Source: an uncultured Gemmataceae bacterium (lineage in GTDB: Bacteria; Planctomycetota; Planctomycetia; Gemmatales; Gemmataceae). From it: 64,000 bases of DNA. Made by a program: the position numbers and the translations under genes. Positions 41,525 through 52,205 of the stretch are shown one piece after another. Each line of letters opens with the position of its first letter. Within the stretch, counting starts at the first letter, position 1. The stretch covers positions 256,001 through 320,000 of the forward strand of contig CAVVPN010000011.1 of assembly GCA_963750165.1 (NCBI GenBank), in the 5' to 3' direction. The notes under the pieces were generated by a model. That model was not told the DNA's origin, ran no database searches, and saw only the letters and a program-made list of their open reading frames with translations.

Positions 41525-41754
41525 ACCTCCCGGGACTCGACAGGGAATCTGCGCTGCCCCGTGCGCTGGCAGGGGGGTCTGTGAAATGAAAAGAGATGCA
41601 AGCCCTCCCTGGCACTATTTCCATTATACCGCCCAGCCCGCTTCCAGAGAACGGCCCTGGCCGCGCTCCAAACTGGGCTTGATTTTTCCCCCGGCCCTGG
41701 TGTATCCCCCGCCACCCGGCCGCGGCAGGCGCGGCGCATCCCTGGAGAGGTTTC

Positions 41755-42839
41755 ATGGCTGGCGCGGCCCGGGAACGACTCGGCTTCCTCGATGCCGCCC
41801 GCGGGCTGGCGGCCCTGCTGGTGGTGGCGGAGCACGCCCTGGGCGAGTGTTTGCCGGACTACCGCGGCTGGTCGGCGGCGCACGTGAACCTGGGCCGGGT
41901 CGGCGTCGTGCTCTTCCTGCTGGTCAGCGGCTTCATCATCCCGGTCAGCCTCGAACAGGGCGGCTCCCTCGCCCGCTTCTGGCTGCGACGGTTTTTTCGC
42001 CTCTTCCCCGCCTACTGGCTGAGCATGCTGCTGGGCTACGTCTTTCTCCGCTGCGGCGGCGAGTTCGGCTGCGGCTTGGCGCTCGACGCGACGGGCGACT
42101 GGCTGCTAAACGCGACCATGTTGCAGGGCTTCTTTCGCCGCCCTCATGTCTGGGGCGTTTTCTGGACGCTGCAACTGGAGCTGGTGATTTACGCGGCCTG
42201 TTCGCTGCTGTTTGTGGCCCGGCTGCTGCGCTGGGCGGGCCAGATCGCCGGCCTGGCGCAGCTGGGCTACCTGGTGCTCGGCCTGGGCCGGTCGCTGCTG
42301 GAGGGCAAGCCCTTCGGCGTGCTCGGGTCGCGCTTCCTGTACTTCGCGCCACTGCTGGGCCTGGTTGCGCAGCGCCACTGCGCCAGCCTGCTGCGGTGCA
42401 GCCGGCTGCTCACCCTGCTGGGCGGACAGGTTCTGGTGGTGATGGCAGTCTGGGCGGTCAACCACGCTCTGTTCCCCCGGGACATGACTGCCGATTGTCT
42501 GCGCGAACTGGCCTGCGAATGGGGGATCGCGTTCGTCTGCTTCGGGCTGCTGCTGGGGTCGCGCCGCGGACGCACGCCCGCCGTGGCGTGCTGGCTGGGG
42601 CGGATCAGCTACTCCGTTTACCTGCTGCACGCCTTCGTGCTTTATCTGCTGCTGCCGCTCAACTGGCCGTTTTGGGTCTTCCTGCCGGCGGTGTTCGCGA
42701 GTACGTTACTGCTATCGGAGCTGGTGTACCGCACCGTCGAGGCGCCGGGCATCACCCTGGGCCGGGCCCTGGAGCGGCGCTGGCTGCGCCCGGCAACGCC
42801 GGCAGCCGTGGCCGCGTCCCCGTGCGCCGGGCTGCGTAG
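41755..42839 (+). CDS. Acyltransferase family 3 membrane protein (stop reached after correcting a C-run frameshift at 42818-42821)
   Basis: LDAARGLAALLVVAEH, GVVLFLLVSGFII, RRFFRLFP, WTLQLE, LGRISYSVYLLH, YRTVEAP. Confidence 0.85.
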
Positions 42840-42957
42840 CGCCGGCAGCACGGAACAGGATTTGCCTCCTGGGAATGCAATTTCCTCATCCATTGCCGAC
42901 ACCCACCAGAGCATTGCGCCTGGCGGACGGTCGCTTTCCTCGGACGAAGGCAGCAGC

Positions 42958-44520
42958 ATGGCCGACATCGTCATCATCAACCCTCGCTTCGAGATGTCCT
43001 TCTGGGGCCTGGAGTGCGCGCTGCCCATGCTCGGCAAGCGGGCGAACCTGCCCGTGGCCTGCCTGCCGTTGCTCGCGGCGCTGACGCCCGCCGAACACAC
43101 CGTCACGCTCCTGGACGAGAACGTTGAGCCCATCGACTTCGACCGCCTGGCGCGGGCGGACCTGGTCGGCGTCACCGGCATGAGCGTGCAGCGCTTCCGC
43201 ATGCGCGAAATCTTGACGGAACTGAAACGCCGCGGCGTCTTCACGGTGGTCGGCGGCCCGTGGGTGACCGTGCAGGAGGATTACTTCGAACCGCTGGCGG
43301 ACGTGATCTTCATCGGCGAGGCGGAAGAGACGTGGCCGCGCTTCCTGGCCGAGTGGAAGGCGGGCCAGCACGCGCGGCGCTACGAGCAGGCCGACAAGAG
43401 CGACATGACCGCGGTGCCGACGCCGCGCTTCGATCTGCTGAAGATGCGGCACTACGCCTTCGGCAGCGTGCAGTTCTCGCGCGGCTGTCCGTTCCAGTGC
43501 GAGTTCTGCGACATCATCGTCACCTTCGGCCGCCGGCCACGATTGAAGACCAGTGCCCAGGTGCTCGCCGAACTGGAAGCGCTGCTGGCCCAGGGCATGA
43601 ACATCGTGTTCATCGTGGACGACAACCTGATCGGCAACAAACGGGCCATCAAGCCGATTCTGCGCGACGTGGTGGCGTGGCAGCAGGCGCACGGCTTCCC
43701 GTTCGTGCTCTTCACCGAGGCGTCGCTGGACCTGGCGGACGACCCCGAGTTGATGGCGCTGATGGTCGAGGCCAATTTCCTCAGCGTGTTCATCGGTGTT
43801 GAGAGTCCCAACGAGGCGTCGCTGCGCGAGACCAAGAAGTACCAGAACGTCCGCAAGGGTGGCACGATCCTGGAGCGGCTGCACCGCATTCAGCGGACGG
43901 GGCTGGAGGTGTGGTGCGGCATGATCGTCGGCTTCGACCACGACGGCCCGAGCATTTTTGAGGCACAACGCAAATTTGTGCAGGACGCGCGCATTGCGCA
44001 TGTGATGCTGGGCATGCTGCACGCCATCCCCAAGACACCGCTGTACGACCGCCTGGCGGCGGAGGGCCGGCTGGACCCGAACGACCGGCCGGAGCACGGC
44101 ACCAACGTTATCCCGCGGCAGCTGACGCCGGCCGCCCTGCGCGACGGCTACGTGCGCGTCTTCAACGACCTGTACGAGCCGGAGGCGTATTTTCGGCGGC
44201 TGGAGGAGTTGTACCTGGAGGAGAACGTGCCGTACTGCCAGGGGCAGAAACGCTGGTGGCGCACGCGGCCGTGGCAGCGCTGGAAGACGTTCGCGATCGA
44301 CTGGGCGCGGGCGGCGGGGATGTACTGGCGGCTGATGTCGGGCGTGCCGGACGCGGGGCTGCGGCGCGAGTACGGCAAGCGCGTGCGTCGCTTCCTGCGC
44401 CGCCGTCGCGACCCGGCGCTGCTGGTGTACTACATGGTCAAGTGCGCGATGCACTACCATCATCACACGATGGCTCGCCAGCTGGCCAACGGCGCCGGGC
44501 CGGTGCTGAATTCGTTTTAG
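42958..44520 (+). CDS. B12-binding radical SAM protein (DUF4070-type C-terminus)
   Basis: SRGCPFQCEFCDI CxxxCxxC, FIVDDNLIGN, FTEASL, VVGGP; own ATG with GAAGG upstream. Confidence 0.9.
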   Translation: MADIVIINPRFEMSFWGLECALPMLGKRANLPVACLPLLAALTPAEHTVTLLDENVEPIDFDRLARADLVGVTGMSVQRFRMREILTELKRRGVFTVVGGPWVTVQEDYFEPLADVIFIGEAEETWPRFLAEWKAGQHARRYEQADKSDMTAVPTPRFDLLKMRHYAFGSVQFSRGCPFQCEFCDIIVTFGRRPRLKTSAQVLAELEALLAQGMNIVFIVDDNLIGNKRAIKPILRDVVAWQQAHGFPFVLFTEASLDLADDPELMALMVEANFLSVFIGVESPNEASLRETKKYQNVRKGGTILERLHRIQRTGLEVWCGMIVGFDHDGPSIFEAQRKFVQDARIAHVMLGMLHAIPKTPLYDRLAAEGRLDPNDRPEHGTNVIPRQLTPAALRDGYVRVFNDLYEPEAYFRRLEELYLEENVPYCQGQKRWWRTRPWQRWKTFAIDWARAAGMYWRLMSGVPDAGLRREYGKRVRRFLRRRRDPALLVYYMVKCAMHYHHHTMARQLANGAGPVLNSF

Positions 44521-44649
44521 AGTCGTCATGCCGCGTTGCGGCACCCAGAGATCATGAAAATGGGGGGGCGAGTGGGCCTATGCTAACGGACCGCCACCGG
44601 CCCTGGGGAAGGTCGTCTTTGAATCGCTTGGTGCCTTGAGCCCGCGTTA

Positions 44650-44969
44650 GAGTGGTTCACGCACGGTTTGCGCACAAGTGGCGGCGGGCACGGGCTGACC
44701 TCCAGCGGCCTGCGCTGCCACAGCAAGGGGGCCAAGGGGGCCAAGGGGGCCAACTTTTTCACACGTCGAGATTTGGCGCCCTGGCCCCGTGCGGTTGGCA
44801 CGGCGCGACAACCACCGGAGGCGGTTGCCACAGCAAGAACGCCAAGAACGCCAAGGACGTCAACTTTTTCACACGTCGAGATTCGAGCCTGGGAGCGGCT
44901 CGCGCAGTTTGCAGGACGGTTCGGGAGCACGGGCCTGCCCTTCGTGGTCCACACAACTGCGAACCGCGC
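44650..44969. mobile_element. MITE-like shell carrying two CAAG-trimer motifs
   Basis: TA|GAGTGGTTCAC...GCGAACCGCGC|TA; homologous to 46400-46578. Confidence 0.7.
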
Positions 44970-46100
44970 TAGGGTTTGGTGGTGACGAAGGGGTCGAGCC
45001 AGACGGCGTGGGAGCCGAAGCAGCGGCCCGTTTCCGTGTAGGTGCGCAGTTCCAGAATGGCAACGCGGCTGACGTCCACGTTGAACGCCTGCGTTACCTT
45101 GTGCTCCCGCATCGCGTCTGAGCGCCACAGCACCTTACTGTCCCCCCAGGATGACAAACCGGGTCGGGTTCGGCTTGTGATGCGGCTCGTCTTCGCTGAG
45201 GGCCACCGCGCCTTGCACCGACAGGGCGTGCCCGTCCAGGAAGTAGCAGACGCGCGTGTACGTGTTATCGGGCGGGACCAGGCTCAGCCCCTTGGGATAG
45301 GTCTTGCCGACCACCAGAATGATGCCGCCGTCCTTCTGCCAGATGGTGCCCAGCTTGCCGCCCTTGGCGAACTTCCAGCCGTGCGGCCCGGGCTTGACGG
45401 CGAACTCTGGCAGGTCGCTGAGGAACACCTTGGCACCGGCCTTTTGCAGTTGGTCATCTACCTGATCCGGCACCTGGATCGGGAGTTCCGCGACTTCCTG
45501 GCGGACGGCCGGGTCGCCGGGTTGCTCCGCATTCTGCGGTGGCTCCTTTTTGGGTCGCTTCTTCGGCGGTTGCTTCTGGTGCGGTGGCCCTTGCCTCTCG
45601 GGAGGACGCTCGCCCGGGGGGCGCTGGGCCGCAAGGGGCGGTTGTGTCGGCGGCGGTGCCAGGGCCGGGACAAGCGTGTTCAGCACCGCAGCCACCAGGC
45701 ACGGCAACAGCATCAGCGCCAGGAGCAGAACGGAGCCGAGGCACCACAGGGCTGAGCCGGGCAGAAAGTCAGCGCCCTGCTTGGGTCTGCGGGCCTTGGT
45801 GAGGTTCAGTACCAGGGCCGAGCCGCCAATGGCCAACAGGCACACCACGAAGATACCCACGTCGATGAGGATGAACACCAGCGCGTAAGACTCCTGGGTG
45901 GGGTCGCGCCCCTGGGCCGACAGGAACGCACCTACCAGCAAGCCGGTCAGGAGCGACAGCGGCAGCGGCACCATCAGCAGGCCGCCCAGAATGTGCGCGG
46001 GCGTCCCTCGTAGGACGCGATTACTGCCCACGGTGATGTCGCCCGTCACCACGACCAGGAGGCCGAGCAGCAGCAGGGCGACCTCGATCACACAGATCAT
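44969..46100 (-). CDS. Membrane protein with C-terminal NPCBM/NEW2-like domain (frameshift near 45145)
   Basis: N-terminal TMs, Pro-rich linker, VFLSDL...YPKGLSL...FVILGD|SKVLWRS...VDVSRVAILELRT...HAVWLDP. Confidence 0.7.
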
Positions 46101-46276
46101 GGCGGGAGTCCTCGTTGGGCCATCGCAAGGCGCGGGCACAGTCGGTGGAAAGATCCAGGAACGGATTGTCTGACCTGAGGATATGAATGATCGATGCCGG
46201 ATACAACTCCGTCACCGGACCGCATAATTCCTGCTGTGGGCGACAGGTAGCTGTCCAGGCTGTTGCTGGGGTACAA

Positions 46277-46578
46277 GAGCGGTTCACACTTGGTTTGCGC
46301 ACAGCCTGTGGGACGGCTCTCCAGAGCCGTCCTTGTCTCGGAGACGGCTCTGGAGAGCCGTCCTACGGGGCGTGATCCACGCGGCTGTGAACCGCTCTGG
46401 AGCGGTTCACGCACGGTTTGCGCACAAGTGGCGGCGGCCACGGGCTGACCTCCAGCGGCCTGCGCTGCCACAGCAAGAATGCCAAGAACGCCAAGAACGC
46501 CAACTTTTTCACACGTCGAGAATCGGCGCCTGGCAGCGCCGGCCTGCCGTTCGTGGTCCACACCACTGCGAACCGCGC
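46277..46578. mobile_element. Two tandem MITE-like shells: unit 1 with REP doublet cargo, unit 2 with CAAG-trimer cargo
   Basis: GAGCGGTTCAC...GTGAACCGCTC (46277-46397), TG, GAGCGGTTCAC...GCGAACCGCGC (46400-46578), TA. Confidence 0.75.
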
Positions 46579-46580
46579 TA

Positions 46581-46864
46581 AACGCTTGAAAGCCGGTCAG
46601 TTCCTTGTCGGCGTGGTAATCCTGCTCCGCCAGTTTCGCCGCGGCGGCCAGAACGGCCTGTCGTTGAGCACGCGGCATGCGCCACAACTCGGCCGGAGTC
46701 TGGCGGCCCGCAGAGAGCGGTTGCTTCGCGGTGGTGCCAGGCCGAGACGTTGGCTCCAGAATGAGGACAATCGCCTCGACCTTGTCGCCGCGCCGGCAAG
46801 GCAAATCCGTCAAGTGCCACTCGCCATCAGCCTCGACCGTCGTCTCGACACGGACTGCGTTCAT
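46581..46864 (-). pseudogene. Small hypothetical (antitoxin-like) gene whose 3' end is interrupted by the MITE-like element
   Basis: GGAG RBS, MNAVRVETTVEADG..LTDLPCRRGDKVEAIVLI; the frame then runs into repeat DNA. Confidence 0.5.
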
Positions 46865-46915
46865 CGTGGTCTCTCCGGGATCGGGCAGCGACATGGTATC
46901 AAACGGCGCACAGCG

Positions 46916-48934
46916 TCACTTCCGCTGCAGCGCCTGCTCCGCCCCGGCGACCGCGTAAATCTGCCGCGTCGCCGCGAACGCCTGGCCGTCGCCGCCCACC
47001 AGCGTCAACGGCGTCGGCGCCAGCAGGCCGAGCGCCTGCGGTACGTCCAGCGTCCGCAGCACGCCGAGGAAGATCGGCCCGTCCTTGTGCGACGCCGGCG
47101 GTTCCACCGCGACGACGCCATCGACCTCTGGCACAAACAGCGCCGCGTAGGCGCCGATCACGCCGGCCTGGCCGCGGCCGACGACGCGCCACTGCCCCGC
47201 AGCTTTTTCGCCGTTTCGGGCGGCCAGGGCGCGCAGCACCGCGGCCACATCGTAGACGCGGCCCTGATCGACCGTGCGGCCCAGCAGCGCATGGGCGCGC
47301 TCGACGTAATTGGGCGGTGACTGCTTCGTCCACGCTGTCGCCCCGACGCCGCGCGGCGCCAGCACGATGGCGGTTCGGTCCTGCCGTACATGCGCTTCCG
47401 CCCACGCCGGGATGCCGTTCAGCGTTTCGCCCGGATTGAGCACGATCAGCGTGCCGCCCTTGTCGCCCTTCTGCCACTTTTGCGCCACCAGCGCCTCGAC
47501 CTCAATGTTCGCCTCGGTCGTGAAGCGGAGCAGCTTGTTGGGGCTGTCCTTCTGCACCGCCGCCGGGATTTCCTGCGGAAACGCACGGAACGAGCGCTCC
47601 CGCAGTTGCCGCAACAATCCCTTTTTCCACGCGGCAAAGTCGCCCTTCGCGGGCAGCTGGACCGCTGCCCGCGGCACGAATGTCTGATCGATTTTCAGGT
47701 TGAGCGCGTCGGCGGGGATGTCCCTGTCCTCGGGGAAAACGCGCAGTTCACGGCCGGGCAGCGGTTTGAAGTCCGCGTCCTTGACGGGGCCGGTGTCGTT
47801 TTTCAGGTGCTTGTTGAGGAAGCGAAACACAGCCACGCGCAGGTCCGGCCGGTAATTGTGGTCGCCGACGCTGACGTACTCATCGACCAGCTCCGGCTTG
47901 CCGTGGAGCTTGTAGAGGTTGCGCAGCCGGGCAATGATGCGGCGGTTGCCGTCCATCGGGAAGATGCGGTCGTTGTCCGAGTTGGCGAACAGCAGCGGTC
48001 GCGGCGCCACCAGCGCTAAAATCGTCGTCCACTCCCAGCCGTAATGGTTGATCGCGAACATGCAATCGCAGTGGCCGTTGATGACCTTGTTTTTCACATA
48101 ACTTTCGAGATCGCTCATACCGCTGACCGGCACCGCCGCCTTGACGCGCTCGTCCGCGGCAGCGATCCAGCAGGTCGTGGCGCCGCCGCCGGAAATGCCT
48201 GTGACGCCGATGCGCTGCGGGTCCACGTCGGAGCGCGTCAGCAGATAGTCGATGACGCGGATGCCGTTCCAGCACTCGACGCCCGCCGGCGTGTAGCCCG
48301 CCGCCTGCCACCAAAAGCGATTCTCCAGCACGTCCCAGCCCTTGATGCCGTAGCCCTTCAGGTGCAGGTTCGGCCGGCCGTAGGTGCCGTGGTGGACGCC
48401 GGGAATCTCGCCGAGTTGCAGCGTGTCCAGGATGATGCAAACGTAGCCGTTGCTGGCGAACCATAGGCCGTGGTCCTGGAAGGCGCTTTTGTTGCCGTCG
48501 CGGCCTTTCCAGCTGTGGCCGCAGACGTAGACGATGGCCGGTAGTTTGCCCTTGATCGTCTTCGGCCGATACAGGTTGGCGGTGACGTACAGGCCGGGAA
48601 CGCTCTGGAAGTGCAACTTGTCGATGACGACACCGGTGTGCTCGACGCTGCCGGTGACGGTCGCCTTGAGCGGCGTCTTTTGCGGCAGCGGCCACAGGCC
48701 GAGCATGTCCAGGAACTCTTGCCGCAGCCGTTCACGCCGCTGCCGCCACTCCGGCAGCGTTTTGGCGCCGTCGAGGACGTGCTGGCTGAGGCGGTCGGTC
48801 TCGGCGGCGAGGTATTTTTCGATCATCACATCGCCGGGCGTGGGCTTCGGCGGCTGCTGGCCGCGGACGGGCAGTGCCAGGAACGAAGCCAGCAACAGGC
48901 CGACGGATAGCACAAGCAGGAGAGGTCGGGGCAT
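46916..48934 (-). CDS. Secreted alpha/beta hydrolase (acetylxylan esterase/dienelactone hydrolase-like)
   Basis: YVTANLYRP, VCGH, RIGVTGISGGG nucleophile elbow, APRPLL. Confidence 0.85.
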   Translation of the reverse strand: MPRPLLLVLSVGLLLASFLALPVRGQQPPKPTPGDVMIEKYLAAETDRLSQHVLDGAKTLPEWRQRRERLRQEFLDMLGLWPLPQKTPLKATVTGSVEHTGVVIDKLHFQSVPGLYVTANLYRPKTIKGKLPAIVYVCGHSWKGRDGNKSAFQDHGLWFASNGYVCIILDTLQLGEIPGVHHGTYGRPNLHLKGYGIKGWDVLENRFWWQAAGYTPAGVECWNGIRVIDYLLTRSDVDPQRIGVTGISGGGATTCWIAAADERVKAAVPVSGMSDLESYVKNKVINGHCDCMFAINHYGWEWTTILALVAPRPLLFANSDNDRIFPMDGNRRIIARLRNLYKLHGKPELVDEYVSVGDHNYRPDLRVAVFRFLNKHLKNDTGPVKDADFKPLPGRELRVFPEDRDIPADALNLKIDQTFVPRAAVQLPAKGDFAAWKKGLLRQLRERSFRAFPQEIPAAVQKDSPNKLLRFTTEANIEVEALVAQKWQKGDKGGTLIVLNPGETLNGIPAWAEAHVRQDRTAIVLAPRGVGATAWTKQSPPNYVERAHALLGRTVDQGRVYDVAAVLRALAARNGEKAAGQWRVVGRGQAGVIGAYAALFVPEVDGVVAVEPPASHKDGPIFLGVLRTLDVPQALGLLAPTPLTLVGGDGQAFAATRQIYAVAGAEQALQRK

Positions 48935-48970
48935 GGCGGCAAGTCCTCGCGGGTAGTCCGGTATCCGTTT

Positions 48971-49258
48971 TCAAGGTTGTTGCGGCGGTTGGTCCGCGTC
49001 GGGTGGTTGCTCCAGGGCTTGAGGGTTTTCCGCCAGCCATTTTTCAAAGAGTTCCCGGCGCTCGATCTTGAATTCTAGCCGGACGTCGCCGCGACCGCCG
49101 CGAAGCATGGCGAACAACACCAGTGGGAACGGTTCCGCAGGGAACTCTTTTACCTTGCGGTGCGTGTAACAGTTCACGGGCGTGACTTACCGCGTGCCCT
49201 CCTGGATGATGACCTGTTCGCACAGGAACAGGCTAACAGCTTCAGGGCGGAGATTCAT
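48971..49258 (-). pseudogene. Degraded DUF6941-like gene
   Basis: MNLRPEAVSLFLCEQVIIQEGTR*VTPVNCY... with in-frame TAA; short C-terminus. Confidence 0.5.
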
Positions 49259-49369
49259 AAATGGCCCTCCGTAGCAAGCCGGCTTTTCCTCTGGCCCGTC
49301 TTTGTACCATAATAACAGACCCGCGGCGAAGCGGAAAAGAGTTCAAAATTCCTGGGAGGCACCACCGCG

Positions 49370-50380
49370 GTGGCACGTTCGGACGACACGGACCTCACCG
49401 CCCGTCTGCCCCTGCTCGTCACGGGCGTCACGGGCGTGGCGGGCTACAATGCCTTCTTCTACTTCCAGGGCCGCTACCCCGGTCAGGTGGTCGGCACACG
49501 GCCGCGGCGCACTCCCGGGCTGAAGGGCCCCGGCATCGTCGCGCTGGACGCGGAGGACGCCGCCGGGCTGCGGGCGCTGTTCCTGCAGCACGGCTTCCGT
49601 TCCGTGCTCAACTGCGTCGGTAACTGTGCGCTGAAGTCGTGCGAACTCAACCCGCAGATGGCCCGCGTGCTCAACGTCCACAGCGCCGCCGCGGTCGCGG
49701 ATTGTGCCCGCGCCTTTGGCTGCCGACTCGTGCACCTGTCGAGTGATCTGGTGTATTCCGGCGTCGGTGCCGGCAACTACGTTGAGACGGACCCGGTGGA
49801 CCCGGTGACGGTCTACGGCAAGACGATGGCGGAGGCGGAGCGGTTGCTCGCGGCGGCGTGTCCGAAGGCGGCGGTGCTGCGGATTTCGCTGCCGATGGGG
49901 CCGAGCTTCAACAAACACGCCGGCGCCATCGACTGGATTCAGTCGCGCTTTCGTGCCGGCCGGCCCGCGACGCTCTACTTCGACGAGGTGCGCTCCTGCA
50001 CCTACTGCGACGACCTGCACCCCGTCTTCGCGCGCTTCCTGGCGGGGGACGAGCACGGCCTGTACCATCTCGGAGCGCCGCGGCCATTGACGTTGTATCA
50101 GATCGCCCAGGTGGTCAACCGGGTCGGGGGCTACGACCCGGCGCTGCTGATGGGCATGCCGCGCTTCCAGGCGGGGCCGCTGCCGCCGCGGGCCGGCAAC
50201 GTCAGCATGTGCAGCGACCGGCTCGTCCGCCTGCTCGGCCGGCAGCCGTTCCACGCCTGGCCGCTGGGCGACGACCTGCAGCCGACCGACCGCGCCTGGC
50301 ACTTCACGCGGCCACCGGAACAGCCGGGCTCACCGCAGTTCCTGGCGGCGCGGCTTTACCAATACCCAATTACAAATTGA
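49370..50380 (+). CDS. RmlD-like SDR/NAD(P)-dependent oxidoreductase
   Basis: LVTGVTGVAG, HLSSDLVY, YGKTMAEAE, DEVRS. Confidence 0.85.
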   Translation: MARSDDTDLTARLPLLVTGVTGVAGYNAFFYFQGRYPGQVVGTRPRRTPGLKGPGIVALDAEDAAGLRALFLQHGFRSVLNCVGNCALKSCELNPQMARVLNVHSAAAVADCARAFGCRLVHLSSDLVYSGVGAGNYVETDPVDPVTVYGKTMAEAERLLAAACPKAAVLRISLPMGPSFNKHAGAIDWIQSRFRAGRPATLYFDEVRSCTYCDDLHPVFARFLAGDEHGLYHLGAPRPLTLYQIAQVVNRVGGYDPALLMGMPRFQAGPLPPRAGNVSMCSDRLVRLLGRQPFHAWPLGDDLQPTDRAWHFTRPPEQPGSPQFLAARLYQYPITN

Positions 50381-50515
50381 AAGAGGATTTCACCACAGAG
50401 AGCACAGAGAAAAGACGAAAGAGGATCCACAGATGACACAGAGGAACACGGATCAAGACATTTGAATTGGTCTTTATCTGTGTCATCTGTGTTATCTGTG
50501 GATCCTCTTTCAATT
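50375..50515. repeat. Inverted repeat with 9-bp ACAGA(T/G)nnC units between convergent genes
   Basis: GAAAGAGGATCCACAGATGACACAGA...TCTGTGTCATCTGTGTTATCTGTGGATCCTCTTTC. Confidence 0.8.
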
Positions 50516-50516
50516 C

Positions 50517-52004
50517 CTAACGCGGCGCCGGCGTGTTGACGCCGGTGACGCCGACTACCTGTGCCTGCGGCTCGGTCATGTCGAGTTGCAGCGGCGACTG
50601 GGTCTCACAACGGCTGACGTTGCCTGCCAGGTCGATCGCTTCCAGGCGGATGTAGAACTGCGCACCCTGGTCGCGCGGGAACGTCCACGCATAGCGGCCG
50701 TCGTTCTTGAGGTGGTGGCAGATCGGTTGCCACGGCCCATCCTTGCTCGTCCGGTAGAAAAGGTGGATCGGCTCGGGGCCCAGGTTCTTGTCGCTGGCCG
50801 CCCAGCGAATCTCGATGGTGCTGCCGTTGGTCACCGGGTCCATCTCCTTGAGCTGCGTGTACGGCGGCGTCTGGTCCACCTCGATCCAGCTGGTCGGCTG
50901 GTCGCCGCGCGCCGGCGCCCGGCCGCCGAAGCCGTTGCCGTTGGTCACCACCAGCCGCAGGCCGAACAGGCCCTCGCCCGGCAGGTCGATCTCCACGGGG
51001 CTGCGGCGGTCGTGATCCTCGCAGACGCGCTTCCAGCTCATGCCGGCGTCGCCGGTCATCCAGATCTCCACCTTGCCGACGCCACTGGGGCCGACCTGAT
51101 CGATTTTGTAGTCCACCGAGGCGTGCGTGGTGTTCAGCAGCCGCTGCAGGGCGCCGTTGTGTTGGCCCGTCGGGTCCGCCACCGGCGCCGGCTTCTGCGC
51201 TCCGGTCTCGACACCGGTGGCCGGCGGGGAAACCGGGGTCTGGTAGGCGGCCTGCGTGACGCCCGGCGTCGGTGGCACCGCGGCGACATGGGGCACGCCG
51301 GGTGGGCTGGCGCTGCCGGGGCCAATCGGCCGGACGGCGGCCAGCACGTCCTTCAACGGCACGTCGCGCTGGACGACGTTTTTGGCCAGGTCGCAGGCGG
51401 CGACGCGCACGGGCCCGGACAGCGCACCCACGCTGGGCAGGCGGAAAGCGCCCAACTGGCCCGGGAAGGGATCCAGCGCGAACCAGACCTGGCCGGGGCC
51501 CTGGTAGGCGATTTTCAGACTCTGGTAATCTGGATTGGCGTCTTGCAGGACGCAGCGCAGACACGTTTCGCCGGTGGGCGCCATCCAGGGCTGCAGGGCG
51601 AACTGCGGCGGCTGGGTGTCCACGATGATGATGAGGTTGGGCGGCTCGCGGGTCACGTCCTTCGGGATGGCCTGGCCATCGCGGTCGATGGTCACCACGC
51701 TGAACCAGTATTCGCCGTCCTGTGGGGCGCGGAACGTGAAGCTGCTCTGCGTGGGCGGCACCGTAGCCTTGTGCAGCCAGTCCGTGGTGGGCGTCTTGAC
51801 GAACAGCCGCACTTCACTGACGTTGCCACGGTCCTGCGGGAGCATGTTGATGGGCAGGCTGAATTCGTGCCGCTTCGTGTACTGCTTCGCGACGGCGGGC
51901 GCGGCCGGCCCCTGGGCCGGCGCCGGGGCGGCGAACAACCCCGCCGCCAACACCGCCCCCCACACCGCCCGTGCGGTTCGCTGACAGTGTGACCTCATGG
52001 CCAT
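50517..52004 (-). CDS. Secreted hypothetical protein with repeated Ig-like modules
   Basis: Signal peptide; repeated DTQPP/DQTPP/DMTEP and DLAGN/DLAKN motifs. Confidence 0.75.
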   Translation of the reverse strand: MAMRSHCQRTARAVWGAVLAAGLFAAPAPAQGPAAPAVAKQYTKRHEFSLPINMLPQDRGNVSEVRLFVKTPTTDWLHKATVPPTQSSFTFRAPQDGEYWFSVVTIDRDGQAIPKDVTREPPNLIIIVDTQPPQFALQPWMAPTGETCLRCVLQDANPDYQSLKIAYQGPGQVWFALDPFPGQLGAFRLPSVGALSGPVRVAACDLAKNVVQRDVPLKDVLAAVRPIGPGSASPPGVPHVAAVPPTPGVTQAAYQTPVSPPATGVETGAQKPAPVADPTGQHNGALQRLLNTTHASVDYKIDQVGPSGVGKVEIWMTGDAGMSWKRVCEDHDRRSPVEIDLPGEGLFGLRLVVTNGNGFGGRAPARGDQPTSWIEVDQTPPYTQLKEMDPVTNGSTIEIRWAASDKNLGPEPIHLFYRTSKDGPWQPICHHLKNDGRYAWTFPRDQGAQFYIRLEAIDLAGNVSRCETQSPLQLDMTEPQAQVVGVTGVNTPAPR

Positions 52005-52205
52005 TCCCCTTGGGCTTGGATTTTTTCTCCGAGTGAATGGGAAGGGGAATAACGATCGCGGAAGGTACTGTCAAGAGCAGTGTCGGCAACCGCAGGCGAG
52101 CTGGATGCGTCCGCCGGCTGAAGCCCGCTCACCAAAATCCTTCGATCCTCCGTTGGCCAGGGAACGAATACTGCCGAAGGTCCGAAAATCCCTCGGCGCC
52201 GGCGG

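Noticed and set aside
41755..44520. Apparent 921-aa acyltransferase-3/B12 radical SAM fusion
   Set aside because: Adding one C to the run at 42818-42821 gives ...ASPVRRAA-stop at 42839, and the radical SAM has its own ATG at 42958; similar slips occur across the window
46097..46580. C-terminal extension of the 265-aa ORF, and ORFs reading 'SKNAKNAK'
   Set aside because: Translation of repeat DNA, with no RBS or consistent frame across copies
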